Shown piece after piece: positions 52,678 to 62,293 of a stretch of 64,000 nucleotides of DNA (position 1 is the first letter of the stretch; each line of letters begins with the position of its first letter). The DNA is from Verrucomicrobiota bacterium (GTDB lineage Bacteria; Verrucomicrobiota; Verrucomicrobiia; Opitutales; Coraliomargaritaceae): assembly GCA_039815375.1 (NCBI GenBank), contig JBCBZJ010000007.1, positions 1 through 64,000 of the forward strand, in the 5' to 3' direction. The notes beneath the pieces are model-generated. The model ran no database searches. It saw only the letters and a list, made by a program, of their open reading frames with translations, and was not told the origin of the DNA. A program made the translations under genes and the position numbers.

Positions 52678-54045
52678 ATGGCTGAAACCATCGAAGTTGA
52701 AGCTGTTGCACCGGGAGAAGCGGCTAAGCCAGCCTCCAAAATTCCTTTTTTTGCTCCAGAGGGATCGCTCGACGGCTCTTCCGACGAGGCTTTTCGTCAA
52801 AATCCAACGCATGTCTTCGTCGAGGGCTATCGACGCTTCGGTCCTATATTCAAAGTCCGTCTGTTCGGAACGGAACAGATTGCAATGGGTGGTCTTGATG
52901 CGAACGAGTTCACCTGGAAGAATCACGAATTGTGGGATTACTTTCGCACGAACCGGCACTTCAGAGAACAATTTAGCGACCGGTATCTAAACCAACTCGA
53001 AGGAAAGCCTTACTCGTCAAAACGCCGCCGGATCGGTCAGGCGTTCCGCCCCAGCATGTTGATGTCACACACGGATCAAATGAGTAAAGCGGTCTTTCGG
53101 GAAATTGATCGTCTGCCGGATGGCGTAACGAACCTTAGAGTTTTTTGCATGCGGGTTATGATCGCGATGATATCGCGGGTTTTGATCCAGAAAGACCTGC
53201 CCGATGGCATGGACGAGACCATGGCAATCAGCAATAAGGAGATGCTGAAGTCGGCTAGTCTGGGCTGGAAACGCTGGCTCTGGTATTACTACCCGCCGAA
53301 GCGGTTACGTCGTCGAAAGGTCTTTCGGTTTCTCGGGTCCGTCCTTGATGAGAGAGAACGCAAAGTTGGACCCGGCAAGGAGGATATGCTCGCGGCCGTC
53401 TTGATGGGAAGCCAACCAAACGACCCGGAAATCCCGCGTTACGAGAAGATTCATGACCTTTCGCAGCTGTTCATGGCTGGGTCCACTACTTCGTCGATGA
53501 TCGTTGCCTGGGCACTGCTTCATTGCTACAAGGATAGGGAATGGTTGAAGGAACTCAGAACGGAGCTGGAAGCCTGGGATCCATTTGGGTTCGAATCGAT
53601 CGATCCGTTTCCCAGGCTTAGGGCAACTTGTCTCGAGATTGAGCGTTTACGGCCGGGTGTGCCGGTTTTCAACCGGATCACAGCGAAGTCCTTTACCTAC
53701 GGTGGTTATGAAATCCCGCAGGGAGTCGATGTGCTTCACCTCCATACGCTAACTCACTTTCTTGAGGAGATCTACCAGGACCCCGATCACTTCAAGCCAT
53801 CCAGATTCGTTGAAAACCCGGATTTACCGCCGAAGCATGCGCACGGAACCTTCGGGGGAGGCAAACATCGCTGTATCGGCAGCCCACTCGCACGAATCCA
53901 ACCGCCTCTTTTTGTGGCTAATGTGATCTCTCGCTACGATTTGGAGTTTATGACCGAACCAAGCATGGGCGCGAAATACGATGCAGCGGTCGCTCCGGCG
54001 GAAGAACCTCTGCTTGTACGTTTTCATCGGCGGGAATCAACTTAG
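52678..54045 (+). CDS. Cytochrome P450
   Basis: FGPIFK, I-helix AGSTTS, EIER (ExxR), FKPSRF, heme ligand FGGGKHRCIG. Confidence 0.95.
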   Translation: MAETIEVEAVAPGEAAKPASKIPFFAPEGSLDGSSDEAFRQNPTHVFVEGYRRFGPIFKVRLFGTEQIAMGGLDANEFTWKNHELWDYFRTNRHFREQFSDRYLNQLEGKPYSSKRRRIGQAFRPSMLMSHTDQMSKAVFREIDRLPDGVTNLRVFCMRVMIAMISRVLIQKDLPDGMDETMAISNKEMLKSASLGWKRWLWYYYPPKRLRRRKVFRFLGSVLDERERKVGPGKEDMLAAVLMGSQPNDPEIPRYEKIHDLSQLFMAGSTTSSMIVAWALLHCYKDREWLKELRTELEAWDPFGFESIDPFPRLRATCLEIERLRPGVPVFNRITAKSFTYGGYEIPQGVDVLHLHTLTHFLEEIYQDPDHFKPSRFVENPDLPPKHAHGTFGGGKHRCIGSPLARIQPPLFVANVISRYDLEFMTEPSMGAKYDAAVAPAEEPLLVRFHRREST

Positions 54046-54177
54046 GAGCATGGTGTGATCCACGAAGATTCGGACAGCAGATCCCTTGCGCGGTAAAAAA
54101 GCATAAAGCAATCCTATCGAATCGGGGGTTGCAGAGAAAGCCGGTGGCTATTTCTTGGTCGTTTTTAACAAAACATC

Positions 54178-54471
54178 ATGTCCACAAAACCACACATCGA
54201 TATCGACTACGTCGCAAATCTTGCACGCATCGAACTTTCAGACGACGAAAAAGCCAAGCTCGGTGGTCAACTCGACGACATCCTCGGTTATTTCGAGAAG
54301 CTTAACGCGGTTGATGTCGACGGCGTTGAGCCCATGGCCCACGCCCAAGCCGTCTACAACGTCTGGCGCGAAGGCGATGAAGCAGGGGAGACCTACGCCC
54401 CAGAAGTGCTCAAGAAGATGGCCCCTGAATTTCGCGACGGTCAGGTCGTCGTCCCAAAAGTTGTCGAATAG
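54178..54471 (+). CDS. gatC: Asp/Glu-tRNA amidotransferase subunit C
   Basis: IDYVANLARIEL...ILGYFEKLNAVDVDGVEP...VPKVVE; precedes gatA. Confidence 0.95.
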   Translation: MSTKPHIDIDYVANLARIELSDDEKAKLGGQLDDILGYFEKLNAVDVDGVEPMAHAQAVYNVWREGDEAGETYAPEVLKKMAPEFRDGQVVVPKVVE

Positions 54472-54483
54472 CCCAAATCTATA

Positions 54484-54573
54484 AATCGCAGAGAGCACAG
54501 AGGACGCAGAGAGTCCATAGAGCTCATGCATACAAAACTTTCTCATACTCCGCGCTTCCCGCGAACTCAGCGT
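54484..54573. repeat. Triple-6-mer imperfect inverted repeat C (RCAGAG class), gatC-gatA gap
   Basis: Left GCAGAG agc ACAGAG gac GCAGAG (54488, 54497, 54506); 36-nt spacer; right CTCCGC gct TCCCGC gaa CTCAGC (54548, 54557, 54566). Confidence 0.8.
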
Positions 54574-54578
54574 CGAAA

Positions 54579-56045
54579 ATGTCTGAATTACATTTCAAAA
54601 CTATCACCGAACTCTCTGCTTCGCTCGAAGCGGGTGAGCAGACTTCGGTAGAACTCACCCAAGCCATTATCGACCGCACCGCCTCGGTTGATGGCAAGGT
54701 AAAAGCCTTCATCTCGTACGATGCGGAGGACGCGCTTGCTCAAGCAAAGACCTCCGATGAGCGTCGTGCAGCAGGCAAGGCGCTCGGCCCGCTCGACGGT
54801 ATCCCTATTGGTATCAAGGATGTGCTTACCGTGAAGGACCAGCCCGTCCGCTGCGCATCGAAGATGCTGGAGAACTATATTTCTCCGTTCGATGCGACTT
54901 GTATCGCTAAGCTCCGTGAAGCAGGTGCCATCATTTGGGGGCGTCTCAATATGGACGAGTTTGCCATGGGATCCTCGACGGAAAACTCAGCTTACCAAAC
55001 CACAGCGAATCCCTGGGACCTTGAAACCATCCCCGGCGGTTCTTCCGGCGGTAGTGCAGCGGCGCTTGCGGCAGGTGAAGCGATCGCCACTCTCGGCACA
55101 GATACCGGTGGTTCCATTCGTCAACCGGCTGCGCTTTGCGGTGTTGTTGGCATGAAACCGACCTATGGTCTGGTTTCCCGTTATGGCCTAGTGGCTTTTG
55201 CATCGTCCTTGGATCAGGTCGGTCCCTTTGCACGAACAGTTGAAGACGCTGCCATCCTAATGGAGGCCATGCTCGGCAAGGACGACCTCGATTCGACTTC
55301 CATCGAACCGCAGGGGGAGACGAACTACGCGGCCGCCCTTAAGGAAAAGAAGGGCCCGTGGAAGCTCGGCGTGCCGCAGGAGTTCTTTGGCGAAGGTATC
55401 GACCCGGAAGTGAAGGCCAGTATCGAGAAGGCCATTGACTGGTATAAGTCCCAGGGCTGTGAAATCGTGGATATTTCGCTCCCACACTCCGATCTGGCCG
55501 TGCCGGTTTACTATATTGTCGCGACGGCGGAGGCGTCCTCCAATCTTGCACGTTTCGATGGCGTGCGCTACAGCCACCGCAGTAAGGACGTCAACGATGC
55601 GCTCACGCTATTCACCAAGAGTCGGGGCGAGGGCTTTGGGGACGAAGTAAAGCGCCGCATCATACTAGGCACCTACGTGCTTAGCTCCGGTTACTACGAC
55701 GCCTACTACCTGCGCGCGCAAAAGGTTCGTCGTCTCATCCTTGGCGATTTCGAAAAAGCTTTCGATCAGGTCGACGCGATTCTGACGCCGACTTCACCTA
55801 CACCGGCCTTCAAGCGAGGCGAGCGCAGCGATGATCCACTCGCGATGTATCTCAGCGACATCTATACGATCTCGGTTAATCTCGCTGGTCTTCCCGCTAT
55901 TTCCGTTCCGAGTGGTTTCACGGAAAGTGGATTACCCATTGGTCTGCAAGTCATTGGCAAAGCCTTCGGCGAAGCTGACATGTTCGCCGTAGCGCATGCC
56001 TTCGAGCAAGCGCACGACTACCATAGGCAAACTCCAAATCTTTAA
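54579..56045 (+). CDS. gatA: Asp/Glu-tRNA amidotransferase subunit A
   Basis: NMDEFAMGSSTENS, PGGSSGGS, GTDTGGSIRQPA, EVKRRIILGTYVLSSGYYDAYY. Confidence 0.98.
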   Translation: MSELHFKTITELSASLEAGEQTSVELTQAIIDRTASVDGKVKAFISYDAEDALAQAKTSDERRAAGKALGPLDGIPIGIKDVLTVKDQPVRCASKMLENYISPFDATCIAKLREAGAIIWGRLNMDEFAMGSSTENSAYQTTANPWDLETIPGGSSGGSAAALAAGEAIATLGTDTGGSIRQPAALCGVVGMKPTYGLVSRYGLVAFASSLDQVGPFARTVEDAAILMEAMLGKDDLDSTSIEPQGETNYAAALKEKKGPWKLGVPQEFFGEGIDPEVKASIEKAIDWYKSQGCEIVDISLPHSDLAVPVYYIVATAEASSNLARFDGVRYSHRSKDVNDALTLFTKSRGEGFGDEVKRRIILGTYVLSSGYYDAYYLRAQKVRRLILGDFEKAFDQVDAILTPTSPTPAFKRGERSDDPLAMYLSDIYTISVNLAGLPAISVPSGFTESGLPIGLQVIGKAFGEADMFAVAHAFEQAHDYHRQTPNL

Positions 56046-56057
56046 TCATTTTGATCG

Positions 56058-56118
56058 CTCACAAATTTCACGAATTTTCACAAATTCTGGATTAGTTGGA
56101 ATGCTTGTAATTCGTGGG
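56058..56118. repeat. Triple-6-mer imperfect inverted repeat D (ACRAAT class), gatA-gatB gap
   Basis: ctc ACAAAT ttc ACGAAT tttc ACAAAT tctgg ATTAGT tggaatgcttgta ATTCGT ggg; middle right-hand unit degenerate. Confidence 0.65.
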
Positions 56119-56145
56119 TAAACACTCTCAAAACTAGATTCCATT

Positions 56146-57612
56146 ATGGACTACGACGTTGTCATCGGACTTGAAATTCACGTGCAGATTAAGACCCGCA
56201 CGAAAATGTTTACAGCCGCGCCTTACAGTTATGGTGCTGAGCCAAATACCCTGATTGATCCGGTTGTGCTGGGTCTTCCCGGAACGCTCCCTGTGCTTAA
56301 TCACGAAGCGATCGAGAAGTGCACGTCTCTTGGCCTGATGCTCGGCTGTGAGATCGCGGAGGTCTGCAAGTGGGACCGTAAGAACTACTTCTACCCGGAC
56401 TCTCCCAAGAACTATCAGCTTACACAAAACGAACAACCACTCTGCATCGGTGGCGAGATCGAGATTGAGCTGGCCGATGCAGCGCGAAATGCAGCAGGTG
56501 AGCATCGCTGGGTGAAGCTCAATCGAATCCATCTTGAAGAGGACCCTGGCAAGCTCACACACGAATCCTTTGATACACTGATCGATTTCAACCGTGCCGG
56601 TGTGCCGCTTGCGGAAATCGTAACCGAGCCGGACATGAGCTCATCTGCTGAGGCCGTCGCCTTCCTCAACGCACTGCGCAACCTCATCATCTACGCAGGC
56701 ATCTCCGACTGCGACATGGAGAAGGGTCAACTTCGCTGCGATGCCAACGTTTCGCTCAAGCCGAAAGGCAGTGAAACACTCGGCACCCGCACCGAGATGA
56801 AAAACCTTAACTCCATCTCCAACGTCAAAGCTGCAATCGAATATGAAATCGAGCGCCAGGCCGACATCCTCGACGAGGGTGGGGAGGTGACACAGGAAAC
56901 CCGCAGATGGGATGTCGATCAGGGCTGCAGCTTCTCGCTCCGCAGCAAGGAAGAAGCCCACGACTACCGCTACTTTCCCGACCCCGACCTAATGCCGGTG
57001 CAGATGGACCGCACCCGCGTCGACGAGCTCAAGTCTACCTTGCCTGAGCGCCCCTTCGATAAGCAGCGCCGCTTCGAGGCCGACTTTGGTCTGCCCTACA
57101 CGGTGACCACCGTGCTGTGCCCGAACCGCGAGCTCAGCGAATTCTTTGAAGCAGCACTGGAAACACACAATGCACCGAAGCTCATTGCAAACTACGTGGC
57201 CAACGACCTGCTGCGTGAGCTGGCTGATGCTGCGGCACACGGTGAACAAGACCTCGACGTGAGCGAGTCCAAGCTAACGCCGGCCCACATCGGTACCCTC
57301 GCCAAGATCATTGAGGACGGCACTATTTCCAAACAGATCGCGAAAGAAGTCTTCACCGATATGTTTGCGACCGGTGAGATGCCCGACGCCATTGTCGAGA
57401 AGAAGGGCCTGAAGCAGAGCAACGACTCGGAAGAGATCGAAGCCCTCTGCCGTGATGCCATTGCAGGCAACCCGAAGGCCGTGGGCCAATACAAGGACGG
57501 CAACGAAAAGGCGATCAACGCCCTCAAAGGGCCAGTCATGAAGGCGACCAAAGGTAAAGCGAATCCCGCGATGCTCGATCAGCTGCTCAAGAAGCTGATT
57601 GATGAGGGGTAA
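56146..57612 (+). CDS. gatB: Asp/Glu-tRNA amidotransferase subunit B
   Basis: VIGLEIHVQ, RKNYFYPD, HLEED, RCDANVS, DYRYFPDPDL, TKGKANP. Confidence 0.98.
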   Translation: MDYDVVIGLEIHVQIKTRTKMFTAAPYSYGAEPNTLIDPVVLGLPGTLPVLNHEAIEKCTSLGLMLGCEIAEVCKWDRKNYFYPDSPKNYQLTQNEQPLCIGGEIEIELADAARNAAGEHRWVKLNRIHLEEDPGKLTHESFDTLIDFNRAGVPLAEIVTEPDMSSSAEAVAFLNALRNLIIYAGISDCDMEKGQLRCDANVSLKPKGSETLGTRTEMKNLNSISNVKAAIEYEIERQADILDEGGEVTQETRRWDVDQGCSFSLRSKEEAHDYRYFPDPDLMPVQMDRTRVDELKSTLPERPFDKQRRFEADFGLPYTVTTVLCPNRELSEFFEAALETHNAPKLIANYVANDLLRELADAAAHGEQDLDVSESKLTPAHIGTLAKIIEDGTISKQIAKEVFTDMFATGEMPDAIVEKKGLKQSNDSEEIEALCRDAIAGNPKAVGQYKDGNEKAINALKGPVMKATKGKANPAMLDQLLKKLIDEG

Positions 57613-58093
57613 TTTACTTCAAGGTAATGGCCGGGTGCCTAAAAGCGCCGTGGGCTTTTTACGGATGTGGAGCTGAAAGAACCCAGAGGACAGACAACCC
57701 GTCTGATGAGTTAGAAGTCCAGTTGATTTTTAGAGTTTTGCGGACGGGTTATGGTGTTGTCCTGCTACGACTGGTTCAGGATTTAATCGTGCAGGTGGTC
57801 CAGGATTCGACAAGTCTCTCATGCTGTTCCTTTCAGCATAGCTGGAGACCTCTTATACTCGCTCATAAACGCTTATGTTTCTTCCTTTAACTTTGTTATT
57901 TTAAGGCGCCTAAGGAGCCCGCAGGAAACGCAAAGGCCCCATCAGATTCCTTGTATGCTTTAGACAGAATTGGATTGGCGCATAATTCCGAACAAATTTT
58001 GCCCTTCAGCAGTGTTTAATTTTCACTGTGCCATATTATTCTCTTGAGCTGGACCAGTATAAGGCTAACGCTTAATAGAAATTTTTTACGATT

Positions 58094-59071
58094 ATGGAAT
58101 ACTTCATTGCCTGGTGGAATCTTGAAAATTTGTTTGATCTGGAAACGTCAACCGAACGACCGGAATGGTTGCGAAAAAAGTTGGCCTCTGAACTGAAAGG
58201 CTGGAACGACACTGTGCTGAATAAGAAGCTCAATCAATTGGGCAGCATCATCACTCAGATGAATGATGGCGCAGGTCCAGATGTGCTTGGTGTTTGTGAA
58301 GTTGAGAATCGAGCCGTGTTGGTAAAGTTGGTTGCAGTCCTGAAGACGAAACTGCCACAACGTGACTACGGTATCGTGCACGCAGATAATAAGGATGCAC
58401 GTGGTATTGATGTCGCATTCATCTATGATAAGCAGCTGTTTTATGCGCCAACTGCAAAGGATGTCTTCAACCATGTTGTGCTGAAGCGAAATGCGACCCG
58501 TGATATCGTGCAGGTGAATTTCAAAACGAAAACCGAAACAAAAGAAGACCTGGTGCTGATCGGTAACCACTGGCCGAGCAAGCTGGGTGGTGATCTGGAG
58601 TCTGAGCCCTACCGAATTTTGGCAGCAGAAACGCTTAGTTACTGGATAGAACGAATTCTGGAGAAGTATGCGTATGATGTGCCCATTATCGTGATGGGAG
58701 ACTTCAATGATGAGCCGTTTAATCGTTCGGTTACCAGCTATGCTCTGGGTCTGAAAGATTCCAAGCGAGTTAAATCAAAGCGTTCCAGGAAGCCGTATTT
58801 GTATAACCTTATGTGGGATGTACAGACTGATGGTAACGGCACTCACTTTTACGACAGTTGGGGTATTTTGGATCAGATCCTGATTAATCGCCCTTTGCTT
58901 CGAAGTGAGAGTCCTTTGCGTCTCGTTGCTGATTCCTGCGAGATCTTCAAGCCGAGTGAATTACTTAAATACGGAAAGCCGCGGCGGTTTGGCCGTCCTT
59001 CCAAGAAGAGCTCTCACGATACAAGTGGTTATAGTGATCACTTGCCGGTAACTGTGCGCATACGTAGCTAG
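58094..59071 (+). CDS. Endonuclease/exonuclease/phosphatase family protein
   Basis: WNLENLFD, GVCEVEN, RGIDVA, NHWPSK, MGDFND, LDQI, YSDHLPV. Confidence 0.9.
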   Translation: MEYFIAWWNLENLFDLETSTERPEWLRKKLASELKGWNDTVLNKKLNQLGSIITQMNDGAGPDVLGVCEVENRAVLVKLVAVLKTKLPQRDYGIVHADNKDARGIDVAFIYDKQLFYAPTAKDVFNHVVLKRNATRDIVQVNFKTKTETKEDLVLIGNHWPSKLGGDLESEPYRILAAETLSYWIERILEKYAYDVPIIVMGDFNDEPFNRSVTSYALGLKDSKRVKSKRSRKPYLYNLMWDVQTDGNGTHFYDSWGILDQILINRPLLRSESPLRLVADSCEIFKPSELLKYGKPRRFGRPSKKSSHDTSGYSDHLPVTVRIRS

Positions 59072-59190
59072 CAGGTGCCTCATTCTAAAGAATTTCTTTC
59101 GGATGTGGCTATTGACCGGTAGCACGAGCAGCTGAATGGAACTTAGTATAAGATTTCGACGGTGCAGCGAGGTATAGAGAATACGCTGTC

Positions 59191-60150
59191 TCACCTTGTC
59201 TCAGCGGAAAGCACCTTGAACGCACCCCCGGCTCCGGAGGCTGCGGCGAGAAATCTAAAGGCTTCATCGGACTTCTGATGTGCCTCGAAGTCATTGAGCT
59301 GTGATTTGAGGAAGTCGGCTTGGTTAGTGACTTCTTGGATATTTAATCCGAGCTGTTGGCACCAACGTATCAGGTCAGTGAAATTGACGTCGCAAGTGAT
59401 GTCGCGTGCACCTGGTTCATCGTAGACGTCGATACCTTCGTAACGTTGCTGTCCAGCATAGGCACGACATTCACGGGCTGGGCGTTCGGCTCCATAGTCT
59501 ATAAAGAGGAGGGCACCTTGCTTAAATGCAGGAATATTGCCCTTCATCCAGCTATGGAAAGAAGGGTGCACATAGATCGTCTCGCCCTCCTTGGGATGTG
59601 CGGGTGCATCAGCATCAATACTGCGTTCGAGTGGTGCGAGGATTTCCCGTGGCAATCCATTTTCATAGTGCACACCGACTTCCCGCCAGTCATTCTCTAT
59701 CCAGCGCAGCTTTACTGCAGGAAACGCGTCAATGAATTCATTGGCGACAATGAGCCCAAAGCCCTTCGTTTCTTCCAATGCGCTCTGTAGGTCTGTATAA
59801 TGTTGAAAGTTTCTACCTTCGAGTTGTTCGGATTGTATTCTGCGTAGTGGTTCGGACTTCTCGACAAGATGTAACGGCCAATCCGGAAGTTGCAGGGAGA
59901 GCTCTTTAGCCAAAGCGCCGTTGCCAGGACCGAGTTCGATCAAGGGGCAGCAAATTGGTAACCCGAGCCGTTTGGCGTGTGCTTTTGCCCAATTTGAAAT
60001 AGCCTGAGCAAAGGCCGGGCTAAGTGTAGCACTGGTGGAGAAGTCTCCTGATTTGCCTACGGAAGCACGAGTTGTGTAGTAGCCTTCTTCGGGATCGTAA
60101 AGCGCCCGTTGCATAAAGGTTTCGTGAGAGACTGGTTCAGGGAATTCCAC
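59191..60150 (-). CDS. SAM-dependent methyltransferase, MidA/NDUFAF7 family
   Basis: FMQRALYDPEEGYY, GDFSTS, ELGPGNG, NEFIDAFP, IDYG, DITCDVNF. GTG start. Confidence 0.9.
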   Translation of the reverse strand: MEFPEPVSHETFMQRALYDPEEGYYTTRASVGKSGDFSTSATLSPAFAQAISNWAKAHAKRLGLPICCPLIELGPGNGALAKELSLQLPDWPLHLVEKSEPLRRIQSEQLEGRNFQHYTDLQSALEETKGFGLIVANEFIDAFPAVKLRWIENDWREVGVHYENGLPREILAPLERSIDADAPAHPKEGETIYVHPSFHSWMKGNIPAFKQGALLFIDYGAERPARECRAYAGQQRYEGIDVYDEPGARDITCDVNFTDLIRWCQQLGLNIQEVTNQADFLKSQLNDFEAHQKSDEAFRFLAAASGAGGAFKVLSAETR

Positions 60151-60383
60151 TTGGTAATTAAGTGCAGGATTAAACTGGCCCGATGCAATGATTTAACCGG
60201 AGTCATGGAAACGGACTTTGCGAATATCCTACTCGGCCACCTGTGAAGTTGGTGGTTCACCCGGCCTTCATTTGCCGACACTTTATCCTATCGCATAGTC
60301 GGTTTAAACATAGAGTAGGGTGTCAGGAACACGAAGAAATGGATTGTGAGGCTTCGTATTCTTTGTGCACTTTATCGTGAACA

Positions 60384-61355
60384 ATGGATATGGACTCTTT
60401 TATTTGCTCGGCGATGAGTGCGAAGGCTCTGGGAGCCTCTTCAAAGGTGCAGTCGCTTTGGAGCGGATACGGTTCAATCGTTCGCTACAAGCTGGCCGGT
60501 GCCGAGAGTAAGAGCGTCATTGTGAAGCATGTCTCTCCACCAAATATGACTAACCATCCGAGAGGGTGGAACACAGATCTCTCGCACCAGCGAAAACTTC
60601 GCTCCTATCAAGTCGAAACGAAGTGGTATCAAAACTTCTCCGACCGCTGTAGTAATCATTGCCGTGTTGCCAAGTGCTTTGCTGTTGAGCGTTCCGGAAA
60701 TGAAGTTGTTTTGATTTTGGAAGACCTCGACGCCGTCGGCTACCCAGCGCGCCGAACTCGAGTGAGCGATGTAGAACTAAAAGCCTGCCTCGATTGGCTG
60801 GCTCACTTTCACGCCTGTTTTTTGCAGGTTAATCCTGACGGTCTCTGGCCGACAGGTACTTATTGGCATCTGGAAACACGGCCGGATGAGCTCGAAGTGT
60901 TGCGAGGCGAAGATCCGGAACTGGCAGCTGCAGCCAGTGAACTTGATAGGCTTTTGAGCACAGCAAGGTTTCAAACTCTTGTTCATGGCGATGCAAAGTT
61001 GGCCAATTTCTGTTTCTCATCTGATGGAGCTGCAGTGGCCGCGGTTGACTTTCAATATGTGGGCGGTGGCTGTGGGATGAAGGACCTCGCTTATTTCATC
61101 GGAAGCTGTCTCGACGAAGAGCAATGCGGTCAGCGCGAAAGCGAACTGCTGGATTACTATTTCGGAACGCTCCGCTCTGTGCTTCGGCCCAAAAGCCACA
61201 AGGTCGATGTCGTTGCCGTCGAGCAAGAATGGCGATTGCTTTATCCGGTTGCATGGACCGACTTCCACCGATTTCTGAAAGGCTGGAGTCCCGGGCACTG
61301 GAAGATCAACTCTTACAGTGAGAAGCTGGCTCATGAGGTGCTCTCTAAACTTTAA
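60384..61355 (+). CDS. APH/choline-kinase-like phosphotransferase
   Basis: [25 protein letters not shown]. Confidence 0.85.
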   Translation: MDMDSFICSAMSAKALGASSKVQSLWSGYGSIVRYKLAGAESKSVIVKHVSPPNMTNHPRGWNTDLSHQRKLRSYQVETKWYQNFSDRCSNHCRVAKCFAVERSGNEVVLILEDLDAVGYPARRTRVSDVELKACLDWLAHFHACFLQVNPDGLWPTGTYWHLETRPDELEVLRGEDPELAAAASELDRLLSTARFQTLVHGDAKLANFCFSSDGAAVAAVDFQYVGGGCGMKDLAYFIGSCLDEEQCGQRESELLDYYFGTLRSVLRPKSHKVDVVAVEQEWRLLYPVAWTDFHRFLKGWSPGHWKINSYSEKLAHEVLSKL

Positions 61356-61361
61356 TACCCT

Positions 61362-62252
61362 ATGAATCTTTCTTCGGAACAACTGACAGAACTTACAGCC
61401 ATAGCCAGTTATGCTGCTGAGCGAGCGGGTGCGTTGATCCGTGAATATGCGAATCGCGAGATCGAAATATTCCGAAAAGATGCGGGGGATAGTCTCGCCA
61501 CTCAAGTTGTGACAGAAGTCGACGAAAAGGCGCAATCTATAATTTTGGATGAGTTGGAGCAGAGTATTTTCAAATACGATCTAGCTTTGCTTACAGAAGA
61601 GTCCGAAGATGACGGCAGTCGCCATCAAAAGGACTACTTTTGGTGTATCGACCCGATGGACGGGACGCTGCCTTTTACCCGCCGTAAGCCAGGTTATGCA
61701 GTGTCGATTGGGCTCGTGGGTCTTGACGGAACGCCTTCGGTCGGCGTGATTTTTGATCCGGTTGAAAATTGCATGTATACCGCTGCTGTAGGTCTGGGAG
61801 CTCGAATCAATGGAAAGCCCTGGCGCCTTCTGAATCAAAAACCGAGAGCTTCGGCATGCTTACGGTTTTTCTGTGACTGCACCTTCGAAGACGATCCCGA
61901 CCGGGAGATGATGACAGCAAGAATGCTAAAGTTTGCAACGGACCAAGGATATGCGAGCGGCGAGGTGATTCTTGGCGGTGGCGCGGTGTTGAATGCCTTA
62001 CAGGTCTTATTGAATAGTCCAGCCGTATACTTCAAACGTCCCAAACCAAAGACTGGAGGCGGGTGTTCATGGGATTTTGCAGCAAGTTCGTGTTTCTTTA
62101 CTGATGCTGGCGGATATGTGTCAGATTTTTGGGGAAAACGTTTGGAATTGAACGACGCCAAGCATCAATATTTCAATCATTGCGGGGTCTGTTTCAGCAC
62201 GGATGCCTTGCTTGTCGCATCGATCGCAGAATACTTCGGAGAAATCGAATAA
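61362..62252 (+). CDS. Inositol monophosphatase/CysQ family phosphatase
   Basis: VVTEVD, TEES, WCIDPMDGT, WDFAA. Confidence 0.88.
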   Translation: MNLSSEQLTELTAIASYAAERAGALIREYANREIEIFRKDAGDSLATQVVTEVDEKAQSIILDELEQSIFKYDLALLTEESEDDGSRHQKDYFWCIDPMDGTLPFTRRKPGYAVSIGLVGLDGTPSVGVIFDPVENCMYTAAVGLGARINGKPWRLLNQKPRASACLRFFCDCTFEDDPDREMMTARMLKFATDQGYASGEVILGGGAVLNALQVLLNSPAVYFKRPKPKTGGGCSWDFAASSCFFTDAGGYVSDFWGKRLELNDAKHQYFNHCGVCFSTDALLVASIAEYFGEIE

Positions 62253-62293
62253 TCGGTTTACGCTAAAGGGTGGAAAGTCTCTAATTTGTATAG

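Noticed and set aside
57641..57660. AAAAGC-N7-GCTTTTT as gatB terminator
   Set aside because: Stem has only two G-C pairs; too weak to call.
57703..57720. CTGATGAG, hammerhead ribozyme core
   Set aside because: No stem II followed by GAAA, and the motif is partly buried in another stem.
57793..57812. AGGTGGTCCAGGATTCGAC, similar to a tmRNA 5' end
   Set aside because: No T-arm or CCA acceptor end upstream or downstream and no tag frame.
57905..57985. ACGCAAAG, similar to the c-di-GMP-I riboswitch junction
   Set aside because: The GGCAAA...GAAA P1 stem and the P2 pairing are not present.
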